Shown in pieces: positions 10,774 through 19,222 of a DNA stretch of 64,000 bases. This DNA comes from Acidimicrobiaceae bacterium. GTDB lineage: Bacteria; Actinomycetota; Acidimicrobiia; Acidimicrobiales; Ilumatobacteraceae. Every line of letters begins with the position of its first letter. The first letter of the stretch is position 1. Under the pieces are notes generated by a model, which saw nothing but the letters and a program-made list of their open reading frames with translations, was not told where the DNA came from and did no database searches. The position numbers and the translations under genes were made by a program. The stretch covers positions 1,150-65,149 of the forward strand of contig JAAXJF010000035.1 of assembly GCA_012269985.1 (NCBI GenBank), read 5' to 3'.

Positions 10774-11604
10774 ATGGACATCGGCGCACTTATTTTCCCG
10801 ACCGACAAGACGATCCGACCTGATCGTCTTGGAACCGCTCTTGAAGAGCGTGGGTACGACTCGCTGTGGGTTGCGGAACATACCCACATTCCATTGACGC
10901 GCAAAACGCCATATCCAGCCGGAGGCGAGCTGCCTGATTTCTATAAGCGAACGATGGACCCGTTCGTTGCGCTTTCGGTGGCTGCAACAGTGACATCGAC
11001 ACTCAAACTCGGTACCGGAATCTGTCTGGTAAATCAGCACCACGCAATCAACCTCGCGAAGCAGTGTGCGTCAGTTGACCTTGTCTCAGACGGCCGGTTT
11101 CTCTTCGGGGTTGGCGTTGGTTGGAATGAAGACGAGATGGAGCATCACGGCGTCGACCCTTCCAAGCGGCGCTCGACTGCTCGCGAGCGGATCCTCGCAG
11201 TCAAAGAATTGTGGTCTCAAGAGGCGGCTGAATTCCATGGTGACTATGTCGACTTCTCGCCAAGCCTGAGTTATCCAAAGCCAGTTAATAACCCGCCCGT
11301 CATCATGGGAGGTTCAGGTGGGCCGGTGACGTTCAAACACGTCGTCGAGTATTGCGATGGATGGATGCCGATTCACGGCCGAGCTGACCCACTGGAAAAG
11401 ATTGATCTGCTCCACCAGATGGCCGAAGAGGCGGGCCGAGACCCGGCGTCGATCGAGTTGACGATTTATGGGTGCCCGATGGATGCAGACATCATTGAGC
11501 GCTATCGCGCTGCGGGGGCTCATCGGGTTGTCTTCTGGTTGCCTGCCACTGATGAATCTGAGGTGTTGGAAGCCGTTGAGCGCGGCGCCGCCTTCATCGA
11601 CTGA
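10774..11604 (+). CDS. LLM-class F420-dependent oxidoreductase
   Basis: The family-like sequence starts at MDIGALIFPTDKTIRPD (ATG 10774). The ORF-track start at 10651 adds an Arg/Thr-rich extension that looks non-coding. Luciferase-like motifs are present (WVAEHTH, GVGVGWNEDE). Confidence 0.75.
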   Translation: MDIGALIFPTDKTIRPDRLGTALEERGYDSLWVAEHTHIPLTRKTPYPAGGELPDFYKRTMDPFVALSVAATVTSTLKLGTGICLVNQHHAINLAKQCASVDLVSDGRFLFGVGVGWNEDEMEHHGVDPSKRRSTARERILAVKELWSQEAAEFHGDYVDFSPSLSYPKPVNNPPVIMGGSGGPVTFKHVVEYCDGWMPIHGRADPLEKIDLLHQMAEEAGRDPASIELTIYGCPMDADIIERYRAAGAHRVVFWLPATDESEVLEAVERGAAFID

Positions 11605-12378
11605 TTACAACCGAGGAAACAACGGGTCGTTCATCTCTGCGCCTGCAGGTAACCGGGATGCGAGCCCAGGAAATTCAGGTGATGTCGCCCACTGGCGTGG
11701 AGCGTGCACCATGTCATCGCCAAGAAAGCGCAGCGATAACACCCTGCGCCGGTGTGGGCCCGGGTTTCCTGCGGCGGTGTGAAGAGTCTGCATGTGGAAG
11801 CAGACAACATCACCAGGGTCGAGTTCCCAACCGATCACTCGAGGGTCGTCACCTTCGATGACGGGTAGTTCGCTCAAGCTTCCCTCGGGAAACCACTTGG
11901 CCTGCTCATCAAGAAATGTCCGAGGCATGTACCACGGACCGTGGTGTGATCCAGCGAGAAACTCAAGAGATACCGCCCGCGGCACAGGGTCGACCGGAAT
12001 CCACATGCTGACGTTTTGGCGACCTTCGACGTTGTAATACGGGATGTCGTGATGCCATGGGGTTCGCTGTGAGGTGCCCGGTTCTTTGACCAGCATGTGG
12101 TCGTGGAAGAACCGAACCTGCTGCGAGCCCATCAACTCTGCTGCGAGTTGGGAGAGCGCAGGTAGGCGAACAACCTGTTCGACTTCGGGCACGCGTTGCC
12201 AAGAACAGAAATCTTCGATGAATGATCCGTCGTCATCTGTGCTTGCCCGCTTTGCGCGAGGAGAAAGATCGTTGAGGTTTGCCTCAATCGCAGCAGTAAC
12301 CATGCTGACTTCTTCAGGGTTGAGAACTTGGCGAACGACTACCGCTCCATGTTGTTCGTACTCGGCGCGAAGCGTCAT
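11605..12378 (-). CDS. Phytanoyl-CoA dioxygenase (PhyH) family protein
   Basis: Fe(II)/2OG-type motifs are present (WHHDIPY ... HTAAGN). I chose the start at MTLRAEYEQHGAVVV (12378), because the longer ORF (12522) would overlap nth by 60 nt. Confidence 0.7.
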   Translation of the reverse strand: MTLRAEYEQHGAVVVRQVLNPEEVSMVTAAIEANLNDLSPRAKRASTDDDGSFIEDFCSWQRVPEVEQVVRLPALSQLAAELMGSQQVRFFHDHMLVKEPGTSQRTPWHHDIPYYNVEGRQNVSMWIPVDPVPRAVSLEFLAGSHHGPWYMPRTFLDEQAKWFPEGSLSELPVIEGDDPRVIGWELDPGDVVCFHMQTLHTAAGNPGPHRRRVLSLRFLGDDMVHAPRQWATSPEFPGLASRLPAGAEMNDPLFPRL

Positions 12379-12461
12379 CTGCAGAGTCTTCCATGATCGC
12401 CGGTGAACATCGGCGTCGTCTTGTGTCAAAGCCCTCGACCTATCGCTGGAGGAACGGAGGT

Positions 12462-13109
12462 CTACCGACCTTGCTCTTCCGCAATTCGACGCTTCGTTGC
12501 AGTCCACGAACAGATCGGGCATTCGGTGAGGTCATGATGGCGTGCCGGGCAATATTCGCGACCAAAGAAAATGATCTGCAGGTGGCGCCGGTTCCACGTC
12601 TCTTTCGGGAACACTGCCTTCAGGTCTTTCTCGGTTCGCTCAACGGTTGAATCATTCGACAGCCCCCATCGGGCGGCCAATCGATGGATGTGAGTGTCGA
12701 CCGGAAACGCTGGATGACCGAATGCCTGCGACATCACCACACTCGCAGTTTTGTGGCCGACGCCAGCGAGCGATTCGAGAAACTCCCAATCATCGGTGAC
12801 CTCCCCACCCGCTTCAAGAATCTGCTCCGCCATCCGACGGAGATTTTTTGCCTTCGTCGGGGCAAGACCGATTTCACGTATGAGGCTCAGAATCTCATCT
12901 GGTTCAAGAAGCGCCATTTTTTGGGGAGTGTTTGCGCGGAAAAATAACGCAGGCGTCACCTCATTGACTTTCTTGTCGGTGGTCTGCGCAGAAAGTGCCA
13001 CTGCAACGAGCAACTCGTACGGGCTCGAATGGTCGAGTGGGATCGGCGGATCTGGGTAGAGATCATCGAGGATTTCCCCGATGAGGTCAGCTTTCTCTTG
13101 ACGACGCAT
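12462..13109 (-). CDS. nth: Endonuclease III
   Basis: 215-aa ORF with the HhH-GPD region (LESLAGVGHKTASVVMSQAFG ... PVDTHIHRLAARWGL) and a C-terminal Cys cluster. Confidence 0.85.
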   Translation of the reverse strand: MRRQEKADLIGEILDDLYPDPPIPLDHSSPYELLVAVALSAQTTDKKVNEVTPALFFRANTPQKMALLEPDEILSLIREIGLAPTKAKNLRRMAEQILEAGGEVTDDWEFLESLAGVGHKTASVVMSQAFGHPAFPVDTHIHRLAARWGLSNDSTVERTEKDLKAVFPKETWNRRHLQIIFFGREYCPARHHDLTECPICSWTATKRRIAEEQGR

Positions 13110-13162
13110 CGCTATGAACGCTAGCCACGAACACTCACAACGCTGCTCGCTAGCATCGTCCT

Positions 13163-13570
13163 ATGGCAATGAGTGGCAGATGCCTTTGCGGTCAAGTGAC
13201 GTACTCCATTAGCGGTGATCTTCTGCGAACAGCTGTGTGCCACTGCGACCACTGTCAACGGCAAAGCGGTGGAGCGTTTTCGGTCAACCTGGTGACCGCT
13301 GCCGAAAACTTTTCGCACGACGGAACAATGAAGATGTACGGCGACCCCGGCGATGACCCATCGGGGACGGTGCACGTTGAACGACATTTCTGCGGGAATT
13401 GTGGCTCGCCAATCATTTCAATCCCCACCGGACGACGTGAAATTGTCATCGTGAAGTCAGGAACTCTCAACGATACGTCGAACGTCTCGCCCGATGTCGA
13501 GGTCTGGGGTGAGAACAAGCAATCCTGGGGGATCATGCCGGAGCTCGAAGTTTCAAGAGAGCGCGAATAG
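13163..13570 (+). CDS. GFA (glutathione-dependent formaldehyde-activating / CENP-V) family protein
   Basis: 135-aa ORF with CLCGQVTY ... CHCDHCQRQSGGAF ... FCGNCGS zinc-binding Cys motifs. Confidence 0.8.
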   Translation: MAMSGRCLCGQVTYSISGDLLRTAVCHCDHCQRQSGGAFSVNLVTAAENFSHDGTMKMYGDPGDDPSGTVHVERHFCGNCGSPIISIPTGRREIVIVKSGTLNDTSNVSPDVEVWGENKQSWGIMPELEVSRERE

Positions 13571-13601
13571 CAGTCGGTTGGGCCCAACACCGCGCAGCAT
13601 T

Positions 13602-14303
13602 ATGAACGTCGTCAGTCTTGTACCTTCGGTCACTGAAACACTGAGTGCGTGGGGCGTCACGCCAATTGCGTGCACGAAATATTGTGAGCGACCCGATCTT
13701 CATCATGTCGGTGGAACAAAGAACCCTGAGGTTGAGGCGATCGTTGCACTTGAACCCGATCTCGTTGTGGTTGACGTCCAAGAAAACCGACTTGAGGACT
13801 TCGCCGCGTTGACGGATGCTGGCCTCACTGTGTTGGCTCTAGACGTCGTGTCAATCGAAACAATGAACGTCGATCTTCAGCGGCTCGCTGAGGCAGTTGG
13901 TCATGAACATCCTGTTGATGAAGTACCCCAGGTTGTGCCGCTCAATCAACGAGCATTCGTCCCGATTTGGCGGCGGCCCTGGATGTCAATTGGCGCAGAC
14001 ACATTCGGATCTCGCCTTCTCGAAGCGATGGGCATCACAAATATTTGCTCTGAGTTGGACTCGAATTACCCCGAGCTCGACCTTTCGACCGTCGCTGAGT
14101 TGCAACCAGACCTCATCATCGTTCCTTCTGAGCCCTACGAGTTTGACGATGCTCACCTCGAGGAGTTCGCCGACATCGCTCCGGCGGTTCGGGTTGATGG
14201 TCGAGATCTGTTTTGGTGGGGAGTGCGTACTCCGGAGGCGATGCATCGGCTGCACGAGCAACTCGCTCTCATACGTCCGCGATCGGCCAAGATGGCCGAA
14301 TGA
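13602..14303 (+). CDS. Helical-backbone metal receptor / BtuF-like periplasmic-binding-fold protein (no signal peptide)
   Basis: The family-like N-terminus MNVVSLVPSVTETLSAWGV begins at ATG 13602. The ORF-track start at 13494 overlaps the GFA gene. Confidence 0.55.
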   Translation: MNVVSLVPSVTETLSAWGVTPIACTKYCERPDLHHVGGTKNPEVEAIVALEPDLVVVDVQENRLEDFAALTDAGLTVLALDVVSIETMNVDLQRLAEAVGHEHPVDEVPQVVPLNQRAFVPIWRRPWMSIGADTFGSRLLEAMGITNICSELDSNYPELDLSTVAELQPDLIIVPSEPYEFDDAHLEEFADIAPAVRVDGRDLFWWGVRTPEAMHRLHEQLALIRPRSAKMAE

Positions 14304-14458
14304 ATTCCGAACTCCTCGCCGGTAAGACCGCTCTCGTCACTGGTTCATCGCGTGGGATCGGAAGAGAAATTGCCATCGCCTTCGTTGAAGCCGCCACGAA
14401 CGCCTACAACACAGGTCAAATCGTGAGCGTCAACGGTCGTATGTACTTCACGTCATAG
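14300..14458 (+). pseudogene. Short-chain dehydrogenase/reductase remnant (internal deletion)
   Basis: The 52-aa reading frame is MNSELLAGKTALVTGSSRGIGREIAIAF/VEAATNAYNTGQIVSVNGRMYFTS. It joins the SDR N-terminal TGxxxGIG cofactor motif directly to the SDR C-terminal tail, so the roughly 200-aa catalytic core is missing. Confidence 0.6.
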
Positions 14459-14517
14459 GCGACGAGAACAACGAGGGGTTTCGGGAATAGCACTGCGTCA
14501 AACGGGTTGAGGTCTGT

Positions 14518-15279
14518 GTGATCACTATTTCTGCCACCCCAGAGCGACTACAGAACTTGCGGGCGTGGAACCTTGCGCTTACCGCTCTTCATCTTGTCCA
14601 AGCAATAGTCATTGTCCTCATTGCGGGCAACTTCGCAATCGACGTCACCTCGACGTTTCCTGAAGGGCCTCCGGGTACCCGAATTCCGCTTGCGGAACCT
14701 CTCTTCGGGGTGCGCATCGGTGTCGTCATTGGTCTGTTCTTACTGTTAGCAGCTGTTGATCACTTCGTCACGGCCACCGTTGCGCGGTCGACCTATGAAT
14801 CAGATTTGCGATCAGGCATCAATCGTTTTCGATGGGTCGAGTACTCGATCAGCGCAACCCTCATGGTGCTGCTCATTTGCGCATACTCAGGAATCACCAG
14901 CATCTCCGCTCTCCTCGGCATCACCGGAGCGAATGTTGCGATGATCCTTTTCGGATGGATTCAAGAACGCAGCAATCCTCCCGGTCGATCATCAACATCA
15001 ATGATGGCGTTCTGGTTCGGCACCGTTGCCGGCCTCGCTCCTTGGGCTGCGATCGTCGTCAACGTCATTGGTTCCGCAACCATCCCTGGGTTCGTCTACG
15101 GAATTGTCATCACCGAAGCCATCCTGTTCTTCAGTTTCGGACTCAACCAATGGCTGCAATATCGCGGCGTCGGACGCTGGAATGACTACCTCTACGGCGA
15201 GAAGGTGTACCTCGTACTCAGCCTTGTTGCGAAGTCAGTGCTCGCCTGGTTCATCTATTTCGGGTCGCTCGCCAACTGA
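14518..15279 (+). CDS. Heliorhodopsin
   Basis: The 253-aa 7-TM protein is collinear by eye with the prototype heliorhodopsin 48C12. Shared motifs are LQN..., GPPGT, FRWVEYSIS (counterion Glu), ILFGWIQE, PGFVYGI and YLVLSLVAKSVLAW. The Schiff-base Lys codon is at 15232-15234. The start is GTG. Confidence 0.85.
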   Translation: MITISATPERLQNLRAWNLALTALHLVQAIVIVLIAGNFAIDVTSTFPEGPPGTRIPLAEPLFGVRIGVVIGLFLLLAAVDHFVTATVARSTYESDLRSGINRFRWVEYSISATLMVLLICAYSGITSISALLGITGANVAMILFGWIQERSNPPGRSSTSMMAFWFGTVAGLAPWAAIVVNVIGSATIPGFVYGIVITEAILFFSFGLNQWLQYRGVGRWNDYLYGEKVYLVLSLVAKSVLAWFIYFGSLAN

Positions 15280-15311
15280 GTCGCGCACTACGCCCCGTTT
15301 GATAGAAACTG

Positions 15312-15614
15312 CTACTGCAGTGACGGCGGGAGGTGTCCGGTGCCTCGCTCCCTGAGTTCATCAGCGTCGCAGATTCGACATCGTGTCTCGACATGCATTG
15401 CAGTGATCGACATCTGCGTGCCTCGTGAACGCTCGATGAGTGGAACCGGATGCGCCACAACATCGGTTGAGCCACAGCGCTCACAATGTGGTGCGGCCGG
15501 GCGGTCCCAACTGAGTGAGCATCCACTGCACGTAATGGTGATGACGGCGTTGTTGCGTGCACCATAGAGATGCTCGTCGGTGTCGCAGTTTGGACAACTG
15601 ATGTCGAGTGACAT
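15312..15614 (-). CDS. Cys-rich zinc-ribbon protein (hypothetical)
   Basis: 100-aa ORF with four CxxC pairs (CPNC, CSGC, CERC, CRIC), which could form two zinc ribbons. It is convergent with the heliorhodopsin gene. Confidence 0.5.
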   Translation of the reverse strand: MSLDISCPNCDTDEHLYGARNNAVITITCSGCSLSWDRPAAPHCERCGSTDVVAHPVPLIERSRGTQMSITAMHVETRCRICDADELRERGTGHLPPSLQ

Positions 15615-15623
15615 GCCAAAAGG

Positions 15624-16844
15624 TTAGGCCTGCGAGTCTCGCACTCGGTGACGATCACTGGGTAGCGGTGTCACTATCGCTATCACCCCTGAGATCACCG
15701 GTAACACCACGACAAGACGAGCTGCGCTCGTGTACGAACCAGCCCAGTCGGCAAGAAGAGAAAATACGAATGGCGCGATTGCAGTTGAGATCACCATCAC
15801 CGATGTCATCCGTCCGCGCCATGTGCCGAGGGTTTCTCTACCAATCCAACGAGCCAGCAACGCTCCTTCGCTCGCTGCCATCGTGGCGGCCGCCGATCCC
15901 AACGCGATGCCGAACCCGACCGCCCCAACCGCCGAGTTCACGAAGGTCAGCGAGAGTACTGCGATCATCAACGTCAACATGCTGAAGGGAACAACGATGC
16001 GACTTGGTACTCGGTCAACAAGCCTGCCGACGACGAGGGCAACCAGTGCCGATGCGACGCTCTGTGGAAGAAAGTTGGTCGCTGCAGCTGCTGCCGAGAG
16101 ACCGCGTTCGCCGAGCACAGCAATTTGGTGGAACGCAAGAGCTGTTGAGACAAACCCTGTTGTTGCGTATCCGAACGTGACGACGAGAAATCCGTTGCGA
16201 CGCAGATGGCGGGGTTCATCTGTTGCTTCAGACCCATCGACGATCTCTTGCTCGTCAGCATGAGGATGTTCAAGTCGTAACCGACGGATCACCCCGACCA
16301 TCACGAGACCAATCAGAACAACGACAACGCCTTCGAGTATCCACGTTGCTTGCCAACCGATTCGTGGAATGACTCGCGCGGCGATGAACGGAGTGAGAGC
16401 GATCGTTGACCCTCCCAGCGCTGTGAGGAGCCCGAGAGCAGCACCCCGACGGTGGACAACGTTTTTCGCGACGAACACCGATGCAGCAAGTGGCATACCT
16501 GTCTGACCAAACGATCGCAATCCGTAAATCGCGACCGTCAACATCACCAAATGTGTTGACAGCGCAGCCAACACCGTCGCAAGGCACAGCCCGAGCGCAA
16601 CCCCCGGAACTACTTTCGCGACGCCTCGCCGGTCGATAACACGCCCAAGCCACGTTCCTGTGGTTGACGCAGCCAGCGTTCCGACCAAATACGCGAATGT
16701 GAGTTGCCCTCGGCTGACATCGAGATTCTCAGTGAGTGGGTCGACAAAAACAGAAAAACCGGCCGTCTGACCCGGACCTGACAACGCGATCAACACGGCA
16801 CCAGTGCCAATAATCGATCGTCGTTGTTGCTGGGGTGTCGCCAC
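15624..16844 (-). CDS. MFS transporter
   Basis: 406-aa, roughly 12-TM hydrophobic protein with MFS-like loop motifs (GRVIDRRG, GRLVDRV). Confidence 0.8.
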   Translation of the reverse strand: MATPQQQRRSIIGTGAVLIALSGPGQTAGFSVFVDPLTENLDVSRGQLTFAYLVGTLAASTTGTWLGRVIDRRGVAKVVPGVALGLCLATVLAALSTHLVMLTVAIYGLRSFGQTGMPLAASVFVAKNVVHRRGAALGLLTALGGSTIALTPFIAARVIPRIGWQATWILEGVVVVLIGLVMVGVIRRLRLEHPHADEQEIVDGSEATDEPRHLRRNGFLVVTFGYATTGFVSTALAFHQIAVLGERGLSAAAAATNFLPQSVASALVALVVGRLVDRVPSRIVVPFSMLTLMIAVLSLTFVNSAVGAVGFGIALGSAAATMAASEGALLARWIGRETLGTWRGRMTSVMVISTAIAPFVFSLLADWAGSYTSAARLVVVLPVISGVIAIVTPLPSDRHRVRDSQA

Positions 16845-16887
16845 AACTCTCCCTCTGAGCCGGTCTGAACCTACTCAGTGTGGGCGC

Positions 16888-18972
16888 TTAATTGGAGAAC
16901 TTCTGCAATGCCCCGTTCTCATCTGCCAAGCGGGCCAATAGCGGCGACAGATCCCAGTGAGATCCGCCAAGCGAGGCAGAGTAATGACGGATTCGCTCAA
17001 CAATCTCGGCGAGACCAACCGAGTCAGCCCAGTGCATTGGGCCACCCCGGTATAGAGGCCATCCGTAACCGTTGACCCAAACAACGTCGATATCGCTGCC
17101 GCGAATGGCGATCTTCTCCTCGAGAATCTTCGCTCCCTCATTCACCATCGGGTACAGACAGCGTTCGAGCACCTCTTGGTCGGTCACCTCGCGCTGCTCC
17201 ACACCTTGGGTGATCGCAAAGTCTTTGATGAGTTGCTCAACTTCTGGGTCGGGGGTTGACGCCCGAGTATCCGGGTCGTAGGTGTAGTAGCCACGACCGT
17301 TCTTCTGCCCGCGACGACCGTTCTCACACAGCACTTCTCGGACCGTTGAGCTCGACGACGTTGCCTCGTTCCAACCAATGTCGAGGCCGGCGAGATCCAT
17401 CATGGCGAATGGTCCCATTGGGAAACCAAAGTCGTACAACACTCGGTCAATTTGGGCTGGCGTTGCTCCCTCAAGAATCATCCGGTCGGCCTCAGCGCCA
17501 CGCATGAACAGCATCCGGTTGCCGACAAACCCGTGACATACACCGACGAGCACCGCGATCTTGTTCACCCGCTTCGAGATTGCCATTGCGGTCGCAACCG
17601 TCGTGTCAGACGACTGTGCCCCGCGCACAACCTCAAGAAGTTTCATCACATTCGCCGGTGAGAAGAAATGCATGCCAATCACGCTCTCTGGGCGTGACGT
17701 GACCGACGCAATCTCATTTACATCGAGCGCAGAGGTGTTTGACGCCATGATCGCCCCCGGCTTACAGATCTGATCAAGCTCAGCAAAGATCGTCTTCTTC
17801 AGCGCCATGTCTTCGAAGACTGCTTCGATAACAAGATCGCAATCAGCAAAATCTTGTTTGTCGGTCGACCCCGTGATGAGCGCCATCCGTTCCTCAACCG
17901 CCGATGCTGGGATTGAACCATTTGATGCCGAACGCTCATAGTTCTTTCGCACCACCGCGAGACCGCGATCGAGGCTTTCTTGATCACGCTCGACGATGGT
18001 GACAGGAATCCCGACGTTTACGAAGTTCATCGCAATGCCACCGCCCATCGTGCCGGCACCGAGCACACCACAATGCTTGACCTCAACAATTGGGGTATCC
18101 GATGGAACATCTGGAACCTTGTTCGCGGCGCGCTCAGCAAAGAATGCGTAACGCTGCGCTGCTGACTGGGGTCCCGTCATGAGTTCATTGAACAATCGAC
18201 GCTCGACGGCAAGTCCTTCGTCAAACGACAGATTGGCCGCGGCCTCAACACACTGAATGTTGTATTCGGGCGCAAGGAAACCGCGAGTCTTGCGGGCAAT
18301 TGATGCCCTGAAGTTCGCGAAGAGTTCAGTGTTACCGCGAGCCTCAAGCACTTTTTCATCACGGTCACGCACTCGTGCGAGCGGCAGATTTTCAGCGATT
18401 GCTCGACGCGCAAACGCAATCGCTGCTTCTCGTAGATCGCCGTCGGTGACCTCGTCAACGAGCCCTGCCTCGCGAGCCTCAGCGGTGCCAATATGTCGAC
18501 CTGACGTCATCATCTCAAGAGCCTTCGGAACTCCAGCGAGGCGAGGCAATCGCTGCGTGCCTCCTGCTCCTGGTAGCAGTCCGAGATTGACCTCTGGCAA
18601 ACCGAACTTTGCTCCCGAGACGGCCACCCGGTAGTGCGCGCACAATGCAACTTCGAGGCCTCCACCAAGGGCAGTGCCGTGGATCGCGGCGATCACTGGG
18701 ATTGGGGCGTTCTCCATCGCATCTTGAACCTCTTGGAGGCTGGGGCCCTGTGGAGCCCCACCGAATTCGCTGATGTCGGCACCAGCAATAAAGGTGCGCC
18801 CCTCACAGACGAGAACAATGCCGGCTGCTCCGTTGCTCACCGCAGTGGTCATGCCGTCGAGCAACCCTTGGCGGACATGCCAACTCAGCGCATTTACTGG
18901 CGGATTGTCGACAATGACAAGGGCGATTTCGCCGACAGTCTCAAGACGGACAGTTTCAGTTAGTTGCGTCAT
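16888..18972 (-). CDS. Enoyl-CoA hydratase / 3-hydroxyacyl-CoA dehydrogenase fusion (FadB/FadJ-like)
   Basis: 694-aa ORF. The N-terminal half is crotonase-like (FIAGADISEF, GGGLEVAL). The C-terminal half is HAD-like with NAD-binding GVLGAGTMGGGIA. Confidence 0.9.
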   Translation of the reverse strand: MTQLTETVRLETVGEIALVIVDNPPVNALSWHVRQGLLDGMTTAVSNGAAGIVLVCEGRTFIAGADISEFGGAPQGPSLQEVQDAMENAPIPVIAAIHGTALGGGLEVALCAHYRVAVSGAKFGLPEVNLGLLPGAGGTQRLPRLAGVPKALEMMTSGRHIGTAEAREAGLVDEVTDGDLREAAIAFARRAIAENLPLARVRDRDEKVLEARGNTELFANFRASIARKTRGFLAPEYNIQCVEAAANLSFDEGLAVERRLFNELMTGPQSAAQRYAFFAERAANKVPDVPSDTPIVEVKHCGVLGAGTMGGGIAMNFVNVGIPVTIVERDQESLDRGLAVVRKNYERSASNGSIPASAVEERMALITGSTDKQDFADCDLVIEAVFEDMALKKTIFAELDQICKPGAIMASNTSALDVNEIASVTSRPESVIGMHFFSPANVMKLLEVVRGAQSSDTTVATAMAISKRVNKIAVLVGVCHGFVGNRMLFMRGAEADRMILEGATPAQIDRVLYDFGFPMGPFAMMDLAGLDIGWNEATSSSSTVREVLCENGRRGQKNGRGYYTYDPDTRASTPDPEVEQLIKDFAITQGVEQREVTDQEVLERCLYPMVNEGAKILEEKIAIRGSDIDVVWVNGYGWPLYRGGPMHWADSVGLAEIVERIRHYSASLGGSHWDLSPLLARLADENGALQKFSN

Positions 18973-19071
18973 GCCTTAAGTCAAACAGTTTGGGGCTGGC
19001 ATCACGGCATTGGGTTTGACCTGACAACCGGTGAGAAAGAAGCACGCCGCCGACCTTTCTCAACTAACAAC

Positions 19072-19157
19072 TGGTGGGCGAGGGGGGACTTGAACCCCCA
19101 CGTCCTTACGGACACTGGCACCTGAAGCCAGCGCGTCTGCCATTCCGCCACTCGCCC
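19072..19157 (-). tRNA. tRNA-Leu (anticodon CAG)
   Basis: The manual cloverleaf has acceptor stem GGGCGAG/CTCGCCC, anticodon stem CTGGC/GCCAG with loop TTCAGGT, a long variable arm (GTCC-GTAA-GGAC), T arm GGGGG-TTCAAGT-CCCCC and an encoded CCA. Confidence 0.9.
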
Positions 19158-19222
19158 GAGTGAGCACTGTGAATCTATCGCCTTGATCACAACCGACCCA
19201 CCGAGGCGGTTGCGTCGATAAC

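Noticed and set aside
12462-12540. The endonuclease III C-terminal Fe-S loop shows only three Cys, with spacing C-x9-C-x2-C instead of the textbook C-x6-C-x2-C-x5-C. An overlapping alternative frame contains a C-x5-C.
   Set aside because: No single frameshift I tried restores the canonical pattern. Without an alignment to orthologs I cannot tell natural variation from error, so this is noted but not claimed.
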